64,000 bases of DNA from Cyclobacteriaceae bacterium (GCA_965217295.1 CBDCHR010000007.1:8258-72257), one strand, 5' to 3'. Positions 30,607-40,759 are shown, counted from the stretch's first letter. Numbers and translations are program-made. The notes: generated by a model from the letters alone, not told the origin.

Positions 30607-31314
30607 GTGGAAAGTCGTTCTAAGCGCGGAACCCCATTGCCCTGTAGTACGACGTTTCGTGAGGTCGCGGGGGCCTTGGCGGAACATTCGCCCAGGGAGT
30701 TTCCCTGGCGTGAGACGAGTAACCCTTACCAAATTCTCGTCGCGGAGCTGCTTTTACAGCGCACACGTCCGAATCTCGTCGGCCCGATATATCAGGAAAT
30801 CGTGGCCCGTTACCCAACCGTGGACGACCTGGCACGGGCGTCCAGATCGGACTTGGTTAACTTGACGGCGCGGCTGGGCTTTGCCAAGCGAGCCGATATT
30901 ATTACGCGCGTGACTCGCTGTGTCAGTGAGGAGCTAGGCGGTCGCATCCCGGACAGTTATGAAGCTCTAATAAGAATCCCCTTCGTCGGCATCTATACCG
31001 CGGCCGCGGTGCTGTGTCTCGGACACGGTAAGCCCATTGCGATGGTTGACGTGAACACGGTGCGGATTCTTGGCCGGGTGCTTTCCTTAATGCCGCGTGA
31101 TGACTCGCCTCGAGGCGACCCGGCTATGATAGCGGCAGCGGATACCGTGGTGCTGTGCCTGCCCGAGAAGGCGAAGAGCATCAACCTTGGCTTTATTGAT
31201 GTGGGAGCGCTCTACTGCAAGAAAAATCCGGTTTGTGAGCCGTGTCCCCTGAGTCCTTACTGCAATTATTACCAAAACCGAAAAGCGCTGGAATACCGTG
31301 GTCAGTCTGTGTAA
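30607..31314 (+). CDS. HhH-GPD DNA glycosylase, Mig-type T:G mismatch glycosylase
   Basis: FPWR, ELLLQRT, VGIYTAAAV, AMVDVN, NLGFID, CKKNPVCEPCPLSPYC (4Fe-4S); N-terminus uncertain. Confidence 0.8.
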   Translation: MESRSKRGTPLPCSTTFREVAGALAEHSPREFPWRETSNPYQILVAELLLQRTRPNLVGPIYQEIVARYPTVDDLARASRSDLVNLTARLGFAKRADIITRVTRCVSEELGGRIPDSYEALIRIPFVGIYTAAAVLCLGHGKPIAMVDVNTVRILGRVLSLMPRDDSPRGDPAMIAAADTVVLCLPEKAKSINLGFIDVGALYCKKNPVCEPCPLSPYCNYYQNRKALEYRGQSV

Positions 31315-31603
31315 AATTCGCGTTGTGTACCAGCCTGGTCCGGTACCCGAGGCTCCCGAGGTCGAAGCACTTATGCTGGTAAAAACCGAGGAAGAAATCA
31401 TGCAGGGAGAGCTAAGAGCTTGGACAGATAGAAAGCAGCCAACCTTTGAAATGACGGTGACAATGTAGTAGAGACCTAACAGCAATCTATATGCATAAGC
31501 TTCGGTAAATAAGTGGAAAATGTGGCACTTTCGCAACCGTTCGTGTTACTTTTGACTTTGAGCGTAAGTTAGGTCGATAAGGTAATGCAACAGGAGATAT
31601 GTT

Positions 31604-34600
31604 TTGATTGAGATTGAGAACACGTCTACTCATAGTCTGACATTTCCGCCGCTTCCCACCCGTCTTGTTGAGCGTGAAAACCTCACCAGCCAGATAATGA
31701 CTGTACTTGACAGGTCAAGCATGGCTTTTGTTTATGGAGAACAAGGAATTGGCAAAACAGTCTTGCTAGCGCAATTCACACAAGAGAACCCAAAATCGGG
31801 AATCTCAGTTTTCTTAAAACCAAATTCGATTGGCATAACTAACCTATCAACAATACGACGCGAGATTTACACGCAATCGCGTTATATCCTGAATAACCGC
31901 ATCCTGGATGTACATGGTGACCCTAGTGAAGAGGTCTACCATAGCACTTTGGCTCATTTAGCTCGCCGTGCCAAACAAAGTTTAGGGCGAATCTACTTCA
32001 TTATTGATGGTTTTGGAGAGCAGACTGTAGATTATCAAGCAGTGATTCTTCGTTCAGTACTTCCACTTGGCATGGCCCCGGGGGAGTTTAAGTATGTATT
32101 GTCAGGACTGTCAATTCCACATTCTTTAAATCAGATAAAGGCTGATTATGAGGCCATTAATGTGTATGGTTTTTCGGACTTTGAGTGCCATCATCTTCTT
32201 GAAGACCTAAAAATTGAAGATTCTGTTCGCACTGACCTTATTCGGGCCGTCAGGGGTGGGCATCCCGGAAGGTTAGCGATAATTCGAAGAGAACTCAAGC
32301 AGGGTGCCGATCCCACGGAAATGGTTTCACGGGCACGCGCTGAGTATCAGGAGATGATTGGACTAGAGTGGTCTCGCGCAATTGTCGCTCACCCAAATTC
32401 AAAACGCTTGTTGGCTGCGTTAGCTTATGCCCGTGCAGACTATACGCCTGAAGAATTGGCAATAGTTACGGAATTTTGTGTAAGTGATGTCAATCAAATG
32501 CTTTCTGCAATTCCGTTTATCGTTGAGGCCAAACAGGGATGGCGGCTAGCTACTCCACTACATCAGGAGTATGCGCAAAACCAGATACAAGATTTGCAGT
32601 ATCAGGTTCTAGATGGTTTGGCAAAACTTACTTTGAACCCCAAAGCCGGGGCTCCAAACTATGCTGTTGCAGTAGAGTACATGGCTGAATCGGCCCGACA
32701 CGACGATATTCTTAGCCTAGTCACTCCGGAGGTACTTGCTGCTGTTGTTGACCGCAATCAAGACTTCACTATAGCGGAACAACTCTCCCAAAGGGCAGTT
32801 GAAGCGGCTCGCGCTCTCGGGCATTTAGGTTCAGAGTTTCGAATGAATCTCTTATCTTCTACAGCACATACTTTGCGCGATACACAGGCACGTGCAACAT
32901 CTATCAAAACAATGGCGAATTTGGGAAAGTTTGATGAAGCATATGAGTTGGCTGCGTCATGCCCTATTTTGACAGAACGCTTCATGCTTCTAGCACATGT
33001 GGGTAGGCGACAAAAAGAGGAAATTGGTGCTACCCGTGCCGACATAGTTTCTGGCATTGATTTGCTGATCGAGGTTGTGGTGAGCTCTCTATCTGAATCG
33101 GCGAGAGTCAGCGCGGGTATTGATCTTTTCGTCTTCCACCCGAGGGCAGCAGTACTGCTAGCTAAACTTTCGGCGCAACTCGCCAAAAATGGCGAGAGCC
33201 CAGATAGGTTTTTGGCAACAATCGCAATTGCAGCTAGCTTAGTACGTGGCAAACAGCGTGATGTAGAAGCGTTTGATACTCTCCTGGCTGAAGTCGAGTC
33301 CGAAAGCAGCAAGTCTTTTTTATCAGCAATAGCACAGGCTTCGGCTGCAAAATCGTTGCTGACCGTTCTGGACGAGACCGGCATGTGGGAAGATGAAAGC
33401 GCTCTACCCTTTTTGGAGAAAATTGGTCCTGCAATAGCTCGCCGGGGTGCTGACGAGGCTGTACAAGTTCTTGACCGCATTTCGAGTTCTGTTATCTCCG
33501 CATCTTCTTTAAGGCTTCCGAGGATTCGTGCTCTTTCTACGGTTCTCTCCGCTGCTCGGCGCTCAGCATCTGCTGCGGAGTTAATGCCGGCTCTCGGCCG
33601 AATAGACACGATAGCTGAGGCGGAAACCACTAGGCCTACACTAGATGCAATTACAATCCGGCTTGAGCTGATTGCTGTTCGAGCCCTTTCTTTACCCGGT
33701 TCCGAACTAGTAGCGGAGTTAGAAAAGGTTGCTGATGTTTGTGCATCGATAGAGGACATCGCGCTGCGTCTTGAAGGTTATGCGACGCTTTATTCAATAG
33801 TTTGTGAGTTCGAGTCCAAAGTTAAAATAGCTGACGCAAGTTTAGAAGGAAGAATTCAGCAACAGGTTTTGGCTTTGGCAGAAATTGTTGTCAAAACTAC
33901 TGCGATACACGAATTGAGTTTGGAGCGCCCGCTTCGTATTATTGCCCGCAGTAATCTTCCATTGGCGCTGAAGCTTTCTGATACTGCCAATACGGTTCGT
34001 CGAAAAGGCTTGCTCAGGAAAATTAGCATTGTAGAACACCTTGAGTCGATTCATTCACTTCGTAATAATATTGACGTAGCACTTGAGCAAATAGAGAATA
34101 CACCATTAGATAGTCACCGCGAGCGCCTCGTTCAAGCCGTGTTGAGTTTTATTGGAGAGATGCCGTCTACAAAACGTTGCCATGCTGTTGGGGCGTTGGA
34201 CTGGATATATAAGCAAATCAAATCTTTATCTTCACCACAAACGAGAACTTCTTTGCTTGTTGAGCTCCTGCACCTTATTCCGGTAGGAAACAATGTAACT
34301 TCCGAGCTGATGCCAGCACCGCCTAGTGCCAACGCCCTCCACAAAAATATCACTGTAACTATATTCGAGAACTTGAGATTCATTGACGCCCCTTGGAAAA
34401 TTTTATCGCTGATAGGAGAAATTGGACGGTTCATAGATATATATTCCGAACAACTTAACGTTTTAGATAGCGTCATGGCCGAAACTATTGATCATGCAAA
34501 CATATCCTCATCTGATATAAATCAAGAATACAAAATGGCTCTCCAACTAGCTATTATTGCAGTAGCAGGTGCTACAAGCATGGGTCTTGCTTCACCGTAC

Positions 34601-36562
34601 GACTTACAGCGGCTTGAAGCTGCAGTCAAACGACTGCCACAGGCAATTGACCAGATAGCCGCGTTGGAACAGCTCATAGTTCGTCTCTGGAAATTTGGTA
34701 GTCACAAGGAACTGCGTGACGTGGCTGAGCGACTGTTAATACCTACACTTGAAGAATTACCCAGTGATACTGCCTTAGGTCTCAAGAGTGAAGCTTTAAT
34801 CGTCGCGGCTCCATCCTTGTTCATTTACGATTACAGTGTTTTTCAAGCAGAGTTGGAGATGCTTTCTCCTGCTGACAAACAGGCGGCTTGGCTCCGTACC
34901 TCCGAAACATTGATGCGTAAGCAGTCAGTTGCTGATCCGTTCTCCGACCAATCTTTTGCTGTTAGTTTCAATTACAAAGATGCACTACAGCTGCTCGATG
35001 CCCTCGAGCAATGCAATTTGGATGGTCAGATTGTGCGTGGCGTCGGCGTGTTGCATCGCTCTATAGAGCGCTTTAACACATCAATGTCACGTATTCAAAA
35101 AGCTGGAGTGCTAAAGCGAGCCAGAGAAGTTATAGAGAAAAAACTACCAAGTCCCGATGGAATTCTTCATGAGGGTTACAAAATATGGGCCGAGGCACTT
35201 ATCTTAAAATCAGAAAAAAATGGTCTCAAGGGTTCAGACTTAGACGGTCTGGCAAAGCGAGCTAGGAATATCCCAAATGTTTCTGACAAATGCTTCGTTC
35301 TTACAGTTCTAGGCGAACTTGCGTCACGTATAGACGATAAGAGAAAGCAATTAGCAGAAGCAGAGAAGTTGGCTGCTCATATAGAAGCAGGTCATGAGCG
35401 GCTCGAGCGCCTCTGTCACATTGCCGAAACCTATGCTGCATTTGACCCACCCAGTGCTAAACGTGTTTTGCTGCAGACTTGGCCTGCAATGAACACCACA
35501 ACAAATCCTTGGAGAGATGTGCTGAGTACACAGCAACGAGCTATCGACCTTGCCTACTCTATCTCACCGGAATTCGCCCAAGAGTTATCTATTGTTCTTG
35601 ATGACGACAGTGCCCGGCAGGCGCGTCGCCTTGTGGATAGGCGAGCAGAGTTTCTAGCCAACCGCAATCAAATACTTGGTTCTGGAAAAAACCTGTCTTT
35701 AAGCCAGCCTTCAATAGGTAAAACTGATGGAGAGGCAGTATGGGAAGCACTTGGTGCCATCAACGCTGGCCGCGCTCTACCGCTCCAACCTCAAGATGTT
35801 CTTGACAAAACCCAAGGATTACTTGAAAAAGGACTCAGAGCGGGTTTTCCCGCTAGTGCTCTTTTTGTTGAATGCGCAACCTCGGCTAGAGGGAAAAAAG
35901 AATATCGAGAAACGTTAATGAGAGATGTTGTAGATGCCACTTTAGACGGCGTTGAGTTCTTGTTCACATCCTTCAGAAAAATACGAGGGGTTGGAGAGAT
36001 CAAAACAGACAGACATTTTGAGGGGGGAGACGTTGGAGCGGTTTTCGGAAATGGAGACCGTTCAGCAGCAATGAAATATCTGCGCGATTGGCTTGAGGCA
36101 AATGCAACTGAGCGTATCGTGTTTGCAGATGGTTATTTTGGAGTTAATGAAGTAGATTTTCTTTCACTGTGCCTCGAAGCATGTCCTCGGGTGCCCGTAT
36201 ACATTATTACTGGATTGATCGGAGCAGAAAAAGGGCTTGATGGTATGACCGTTGACGAGGCTCTTGAACTAGCCTGGAAGCGGATTTCAGACCAGCCAGC
36301 TCCACAGTGTACTGTACATGTGGTTGGACTCAGACCTTCAAAAAAATCACCTTTACATGACAGGTTTTTATTTGGAGATACTGCTGCGATCGCGCTAGGC
36401 ACCTCCTTCAGCGGCTTTGGTTCACGCGTAGCCGCAATCACCCCAGTTGATTCAAAGTCACAAGTAGACCTTCTCAGTAGATACATAGAGCCAATTTTGC
36501 GCGGCGAAGTAAAAATTGATGGGCATAGAGTAACTTCATCTAAGTTCGAGCTTGGATCGTGA
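31604..36562 (+). CDS. 1652-aa STAND-class NTPase with helical repeats and C-terminal PLD-like (HDR) domain
   Basis: Walker A GEQGIGKT, Walker B IYFIIDG, winged helix, ~1100 aa helical region, C-terminal IVFADGYF...LHDRFLF...GTSFSGFG; TTG start with AGGAG SD; low GC. Confidence 0.75.
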   Translation: MIEIENTSTHSLTFPPLPTRLVERENLTSQIMTVLDRSSMAFVYGEQGIGKTVLLAQFTQENPKSGISVFLKPNSIGITNLSTIRREIYTQSRYILNNRILDVHGDPSEEVYHSTLAHLARRAKQSLGRIYFIIDGFGEQTVDYQAVILRSVLPLGMAPGEFKYVLSGLSIPHSLNQIKADYEAINVYGFSDFECHHLLEDLKIEDSVRTDLIRAVRGGHPGRLAIIRRELKQGADPTEMVSRARAEYQEMIGLEWSRAIVAHPNSKRLLAALAYARADYTPEELAIVTEFCVSDVNQMLSAIPFIVEAKQGWRLATPLHQEYAQNQIQDLQYQVLDGLAKLTLNPKAGAPNYAVAVEYMAESARHDDILSLVTPEVLAAVVDRNQDFTIAEQLSQRAVEAARALGHLGSEFRMNLLSSTAHTLRDTQARATSIKTMANLGKFDEAYELAASCPILTERFMLLAHVGRRQKEEIGATRADIVSGIDLLIEVVVSSLSESARVSAGIDLFVFHPRAAVLLAKLSAQLAKNGESPDRFLATIAIAASLVRGKQRDVEAFDTLLAEVESESSKSFLSAIAQASAAKSLLTVLDETGMWEDESALPFLEKIGPAIARRGADEAVQVLDRISSSVISASSLRLPRIRALSTVLSAARRSASAAELMPALGRIDTIAEAETTRPTLDAITIRLELIAVRALSLPGSELVAELEKVADVCASIEDIALRLEGYATLYSIVCEFESKVKIADASLEGRIQQQVLALAEIVVKTTAIHELSLERPLRIIARSNLPLALKLSDTANTVRRKGLLRKISIVEHLESIHSLRNNIDVALEQIENTPLDSHRERLVQAVLSFIGEMPSTKRCHAVGALDWIYKQIKSLSSPQTRTSLLVELLHLIPVGNNVTSELMPAPPSANALHKNITVTIFENLRFIDAPWKILSLIGEIGRFIDIYSEQLNVLDSVMAETIDHANISSSDINQEYKMALQLAIIAVAGATSMGLASPYDLQRLEAAVKRLPQAIDQIAALEQLIVRLWKFGSHKELRDVAERLLIPTLEELPSDTALGLKSEALIVAAPSLFIYDYSVFQAELEMLSPADKQAAWLRTSETLMRKQSVADPFSDQSFAVSFNYKDALQLLDALEQCNLDGQIVRGVGVLHRSIERFNTSMSRIQKAGVLKRAREVIEKKLPSPDGILHEGYKIWAEALILKSEKNGLKGSDLDGLAKRARNIPNVSDKCFVLTVLGELASRIDDKRKQLAEAEKLAAHIEAGHERLERLCHIAETYAAFDPPSAKRVLLQTWPAMNTTTNPWRDVLSTQQRAIDLAYSISPEFAQELSIVLDDDSARQARRLVDRRAEFLANRNQILGSGKNLSLSQPSIGKTDGEAVWEALGAINAGRALPLQPQDVLDKTQGLLEKGLRAGFPASALFVECATSARGKKEYRETLMRDVVDATLDGVEFLFTSFRKIRGVGEIKTDRHFEGGDVGAVFGNGDRSAAMKYLRDWLEANATERIVFADGYFGVNEVDFLSLCLEACPRVPVYIITGLIGAEKGLDGMTVDEALELAWKRISDQPAPQCTVHVVGLRPSKKSPLHDRFLFGDTAAIALGTSFSGFGSRVAAITPVDSKSQVDLLSRYIEPILRGEVKIDGHRVTSSKFELGS

Positions 36563-36672
36563 TTTTCTCTTTCGGTTCAAGAGGATGTTTACACACAGCG
36601 GATATTTTATCAACACACCCACAGTAGGTAACATAATGTCCTTTATGATACGCACTCGTGGTAGGGTAGAGG

Positions 36673-38082
36673 TTGATGAAAACCATCTTTTTGGACACCA
36701 ATATTTTCATGCACTGCGACCCGCCGGACCAAATCCCCTGGCTCGAGGTATTCGAGACGGACCGAGTTGAAATTATCGTGCCCATGATCGTGGTGGATGA
36801 ACTCGACAGGCATAAAGACAATCACCAACACTTCAAGTTGAAGAGACGAGCCCTCGAGCGCCTCAAGCAGCTCGAGGCGTGGTCTTTGAATGAGCCAGAA
36901 GAAATTCGCAAAGGGGTAAAGCTGGCTCTCGAGATTCAGGTGCCGACCGTCGACTTCGAAGCTCTTGGCCTCGAGAAGTCCAAACCCGACCACCTTCTTA
37001 TTGCCAGCATGGTCCAGTTCCGGGATGGACACGATAAGGCAGATATTGTGCTTGTGGCTCACGACACCGGACCCCGACTCACTGCCCGGAGGTTAGGCTT
37101 CAAGGCAGTTGAACTCCCCGAAGATTACCGTCTTACAGGCGAACCCGACCCACTCGAGAAGGAAAACCGCGAACTGAAACAGAAAATGCAGCGGTTTGAG
37201 AACGCACTACCCAAATTGAGCCTCGCTATTTTTGACGGGCTTAAGACAGACAGTCGAACAACACTGACTATCAGCCAGGTCTTGCCCTTCTCCAGAGGTG
37301 ATTTGGAGAGTTTTTTGGAAAAAACGAGGGCTAAACATCCCTTTATGCGAACATTGTCAAAGCATGAAGAATTAGCTAGGCTCCTTGAAGATTCGAAATT
37401 TTCTCAGTCCTCTGACACATTGCGTCAGATTGAGCAGGCTCTGAATACCCTTGCGGACTCGAATCTGCATTCGAGGAGTTTGACCAATGAGAACGAGATA
37501 AAAAGTTACAACGAGTCACTAAGTAAATTTTACGCCCTAAATGAAGAGTTCTACAGGCAAGCTCACCGGCACCGTGTTGCTCGGGGGCTTACAGCGCCTC
37601 TTTATTTGGCTCTGGTCAACGAAGGAACTAAACCAGGCGAAGACGTTGACATTTATATGCACTTTCCAGATGGCTTCTCTATGTACCTTGAGGGTGAATT
37701 ACCTAAGCCACCTAAAACTCCAGTCGTGCCGACAAAGCCTTGGGTACATCCTGAGCAGCCTTCACTATCCGACCTCTTAAGAGATTACACCGATTCTCCT
37801 CTTTCCAGGCTGTCGCACAATTTTGAGGGACTCAATCTTTCTCCATCCAACGTAAGCGTCCCAGAAATCAAGAAAACCAATAGCTACGATGTCAACTTTC
37901 ATGTTGAGCGGATAAAACATAACGTGCCTGAGAAACTACCAACGCTTTATTTAACGTTTGATAGTTTCGAATCGGCTTCTAACTTCACGATTGACTATGA
38001 ACTTAAGGCGGCGAATCTACCCGACCCGGTCACTGGGAAACTACATGTCGTTTTGCAAAAAGAGATGGGTGGTTCATCATGA
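36673..38082 (+). CDS. PIN-domain protein with coiled coil and unknown C-terminal domain
   Basis: FLDTNIF, VVDELD, PDHLLI, AHDTG acidic tetrad. Confidence 0.85.
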   Translation: MMKTIFLDTNIFMHCDPPDQIPWLEVFETDRVEIIVPMIVVDELDRHKDNHQHFKLKRRALERLKQLEAWSLNEPEEIRKGVKLALEIQVPTVDFEALGLEKSKPDHLLIASMVQFRDGHDKADIVLVAHDTGPRLTARRLGFKAVELPEDYRLTGEPDPLEKENRELKQKMQRFENALPKLSLAIFDGLKTDSRTTLTISQVLPFSRGDLESFLEKTRAKHPFMRTLSKHEELARLLEDSKFSQSSDTLRQIEQALNTLADSNLHSRSLTNENEIKSYNESLSKFYALNEEFYRQAHRHRVARGLTAPLYLALVNEGTKPGEDVDIYMHFPDGFSMYLEGELPKPPKTPVVPTKPWVHPEQPSLSDLLRDYTDSPLSRLSHNFEGLNLSPSNVSVPEIKKTNSYDVNFHVERIKHNVPEKLPTLYLTFDSFESASNFTIDYELKAANLPDPVTGKLHVVLQKEMGGSS

Positions 38083-39062
38083 GCGACATTGTCCACCCCG
38101 AAGGCTCGAGCACCCTCGTCCAGATGAGCGAGGGTTCGCTTCCCGTTCTGGTAAGCCAGCAAGGTGCCAAAGCCAGCTACAGCTTTGTCGAATTCTTCAC
38201 CAACAACCTCGCCAACGACAACACCAGAGAAGCCTATGCCCGCGCCTGCTACCGCTTTCTCGAGTGGTGCGACACGTCGGGCTTCACCCTGGAAACGGTC
38301 CACCCCGTCGCCGTAGCCGCCTACTTCAAGCAACACCCGCTGTCTGCCCCGTCGGTCAAGCAACACTTAGCTGCGGTCAAAGGTTTATTCGATTGGTTTG
38401 TGGTGCAAGGAGTCGTGAGCTACAACCCCGCCGCCTCGGTCAAAGGCCCCAAGTACAGCGTCCGCAAGGGCAAAACCCCCGTCCTCACCCCTGAAGAGAC
38501 GAAGCAGTTGCTCGAGTCGGTGCAGGGAGACAATGCTAAAGACCTGCGGGACAAGGCGATGTTAGGGGTGCTCTTTTACGCTTGGGTGCGGGTGAGTGCC
38601 CTGGTCAACCTGGACCTCAAGGACTACCGCCACATCGGCAGGCGCTCGTACTTGCGGTTGAAAGAAAAAGGCGGCAAGACCCCGGAGCTGCCGGTCCATC
38701 ACATGGCGCAGGAGTATCTGGACCGTTATCTTGAGGAAGTGGGCATCGACCCGGACGACCCCCGGCAGCGAACCCTGCCCATGTTCCGCAGTCTGGACCG
38801 GAAGCGCCAGCTCACCGAGAAGCGGCTGAGCCGGGTCGACGTGTTTCGGATGATTCGCAAGCGGGCGGCAAGAGCGGGCATCTCATCGGAGATTTGTGTC
38901 CACAGCGCCAGGGCGACGGGCATCACGACCTACCTGAGCAGTGGGGGCAGCATCGAAGGCGCGCAGGACATCGCCGACCACGCGGACCCGCGCACCACGC
39001 GGCTTTACGACCGCTCGAGGGACAAGGTGACGTTGTCGGAGATAGAGCGGGTGCAGTACTGA
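38079..39062 (+). CDS. Tyrosine recombinase/integrase
   Basis: R (WVRVSAL), K (KGGK), HSAR, H (ADHAD), Y (RLYDR); FFTNNLANDNTREAY N-domain. Confidence 0.93.
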   Translation: MSDIVHPEGSSTLVQMSEGSLPVLVSQQGAKASYSFVEFFTNNLANDNTREAYARACYRFLEWCDTSGFTLETVHPVAVAAYFKQHPLSAPSVKQHLAAVKGLFDWFVVQGVVSYNPAASVKGPKYSVRKGKTPVLTPEETKQLLESVQGDNAKDLRDKAMLGVLFYAWVRVSALVNLDLKDYRHIGRRSYLRLKEKGGKTPELPVHHMAQEYLDRYLEEVGIDPDDPRQRTLPMFRSLDRKRQLTEKRLSRVDVFRMIRKRAARAGISSEICVHSARATGITTYLSSGGSIEGAQDIADHADPRTTRLYDRSRDKVTLSEIERVQY

Positions 39063-39127
39063 ATGTGTTGACCATATTAGGTTGAGGCATCTACACAGAA
39101 ATGTTGTAACAACACGGCCTATCAGGT

Positions 39128-40759
39128 TTATAGAAGGTTTAAAGCATCATGAAGACCAGGATGCAAATAAAATGGTCCGTCAATCTCGCATCGCGCATTG
39201 CTATTAAGATACTTGAACTGTGGTCCATGTTTGGGAACCAAATTGCCCATAACCGAGAATTCAAACAGTTGCTTGATTAAATAGGAGGGGTCTCTCCGAG
39301 TGATTCTGATTTCGTTGATTTTGGCTGTATAAGCTTTTTGAAATTCTTCGCCGGAGAATATCTTTTTGTTGATAAGCATAAAGACATCCCACAATTCGTA
39401 AATCTCCGGAATCAAACCTTGTATTTCATCTTCAAGTTCTGTTTTCAGATAAAGAGAGTACCGGCTTTGAATGCGCCGAAGGGCTCGCTCATCAACTTTT
39501 TCAACGTTTATACTAACTGTATCATCTGCACAGTAGCTTAAAAAGCGCACAAAATCCCTTGGTCGCATCAAAGACCTGCTGCTAATTGCATCAAAAATGC
39601 TTACGTCTCCCTCAGAGCGGGATAATTGGACTTTGAAATCATTGAAAACCTGTACCCAGGCTTCTTCAAAGTTGAAAATCTCATTATTCACTGCTATGGC
39701 TCTGGAAATACGAAACGCAAGAAGATTCTTTATCTTATCGGGGTTCCAATCTAATGCAATTGTAAGATCAATCCACTTTGCCCTATCCGGATCACGGAGT
39801 TGAGAGAAAATATCGTCGCGTAGGAAAATAACTGGAAGGACAGATAGTGAATCCCTTTGAAAGATGGATTTAATGTCCTGAACCGCTTTGAATAAGCTTG
39901 TCAACAATGCCTGAAAATCCCCGGTAGAACCCTTGTCAGAACTGCTTTTATAATCCTCATCAAGTTCGTCTAGCGAAATGACATAGGTCGAGCTGTCAAG
40001 GTTTTGAAATATCATTTTCTCCAGAGCTTCAACTCTATCCGTCCAAGATACCTCTCTTTTAATGTTGGACTTCTCAAAATCTATTCCCATGTTGAAAAGC
40101 TTTGCTCCAAAACCTTTGCTAGTCCATTTGCTTATGCTCTGGGACAATGATGTATCGGTGTCCACCTTAAATAATGGTTCGAGTTTCTGTCTGAGTGACA
40201 ACTCGATGTTTTCGTTTTCACACATCATCTGAGCAATGCTTGAATAAATCACGTACTTCCAGAGGGTTATATATTGGTTAGGAGCTGTATAGGAAGTATT
40301 GCTCAAAGCGTATAAATCTCTTAGCGGAAAATTTTTAAATGTTAGCTTCTTACTAAACCAAGAATCCGAGACTTTCTTGGTCAAGTATTCACTAATGGCT
40401 GTTTTCCCGGTACCTTTTCGGCCAATGACATAGCACCGCTTCCCTGACTCTATAAGCTCGACCTCTCGCGTGTGATAAAAATACCGGTCGCTGTCCTCAA
40501 GTTTGGCTTCGACTTTCCACTCCGAAATTTCACTCAGGAGGTGAGGCGTCGCCTTAAACTTTTGTGGGTTGACCACAGAAACATCTACCGCTGTGGGACC
40601 CTTGTTGTTTTTGCTCGGTTCGAATGATACTAACCTACCTTTAGTTAGAACCGGTGCTCCTACAACATCATTTCTGTGAAAAAAACGCTCCTGTCCGTCT
40701 TCTCCTGTCAAAATGCCGTATCGACCTGTTGTGTTGAAAAACTTGATGGTTCCGAGCAT
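39128..40759 (-). CDS. Cold-shock-domain / P-loop ATPase fusion (Sll1717/FunZ-like ATPase)
   Basis: GTIKFFN..GRYGIL..RFFH CSD; GRKGTGKT, SLDELDE, FLRDDIF, RPRD; low GC. Confidence 0.78.
   Translation of the reverse strand: MLGTIKFFNTTGRYGILTGEDGQERFFHRNDVVGAPVLTKGRLVSFEPSKNNKGPTAVDVSVVNPQKFKATPHLLSEISEWKVEAKLEDSDRYFYHTREVELIESGKRCYVIGRKGTGKTAISEYLTKKVSDSWFSKKLTFKNFPLRDLYALSNTSYTAPNQYITLWKYVIYSSIAQMMCENENIELSLRQKLEPLFKVDTDTSLSQSISKWTSKGFGAKLFNMGIDFEKSNIKREVSWTDRVEALEKMIFQNLDSSTYVISLDELDEDYKSSSDKGSTGDFQALLTSLFKAVQDIKSIFQRDSLSVLPVIFLRDDIFSQLRDPDRAKWIDLTIALDWNPDKIKNLLAFRISRAIAVNNEIFNFEEAWVQVFNDFKVQLSRSEGDVSIFDAISSRSLMRPRDFVRFLSYCADDTVSINVEKVDERALRRIQSRYSLYLKTELEDEIQGLIPEIYELWDVFMLINKKIFSGEEFQKAYTAKINEIRITRRDPSYLIKQLFEFSVMGNLVPKHGPQFKYLNSNARCEIDGPFYLHPGLHDALNLL

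Noticed and set aside
30607-31314. Idea that the Mig glycosylase creates the CTCGAG excess
   Set aside because: The adjacent system is predicted to recognise CCGCGG and looks like a local acquisition, so it cannot explain a window-wide bias.
31298-31468. 56-codon ORF after the glycosylase
   Set aside because: Short, with no recognisable motif or SD; cannot be supported.
32758-33759. 333-aa antisense ORF inside the STAND gene (likewise 8018-8878, 11475-12260, 61847-62818)
   Set aside because: Ser/Ala/Arg-rich shadow frames with no domain signal.
39062-39128. Possible dif/att site after the recombinase
   Set aside because: No convincing two-arm symmetry and no matching second copy found by eye.
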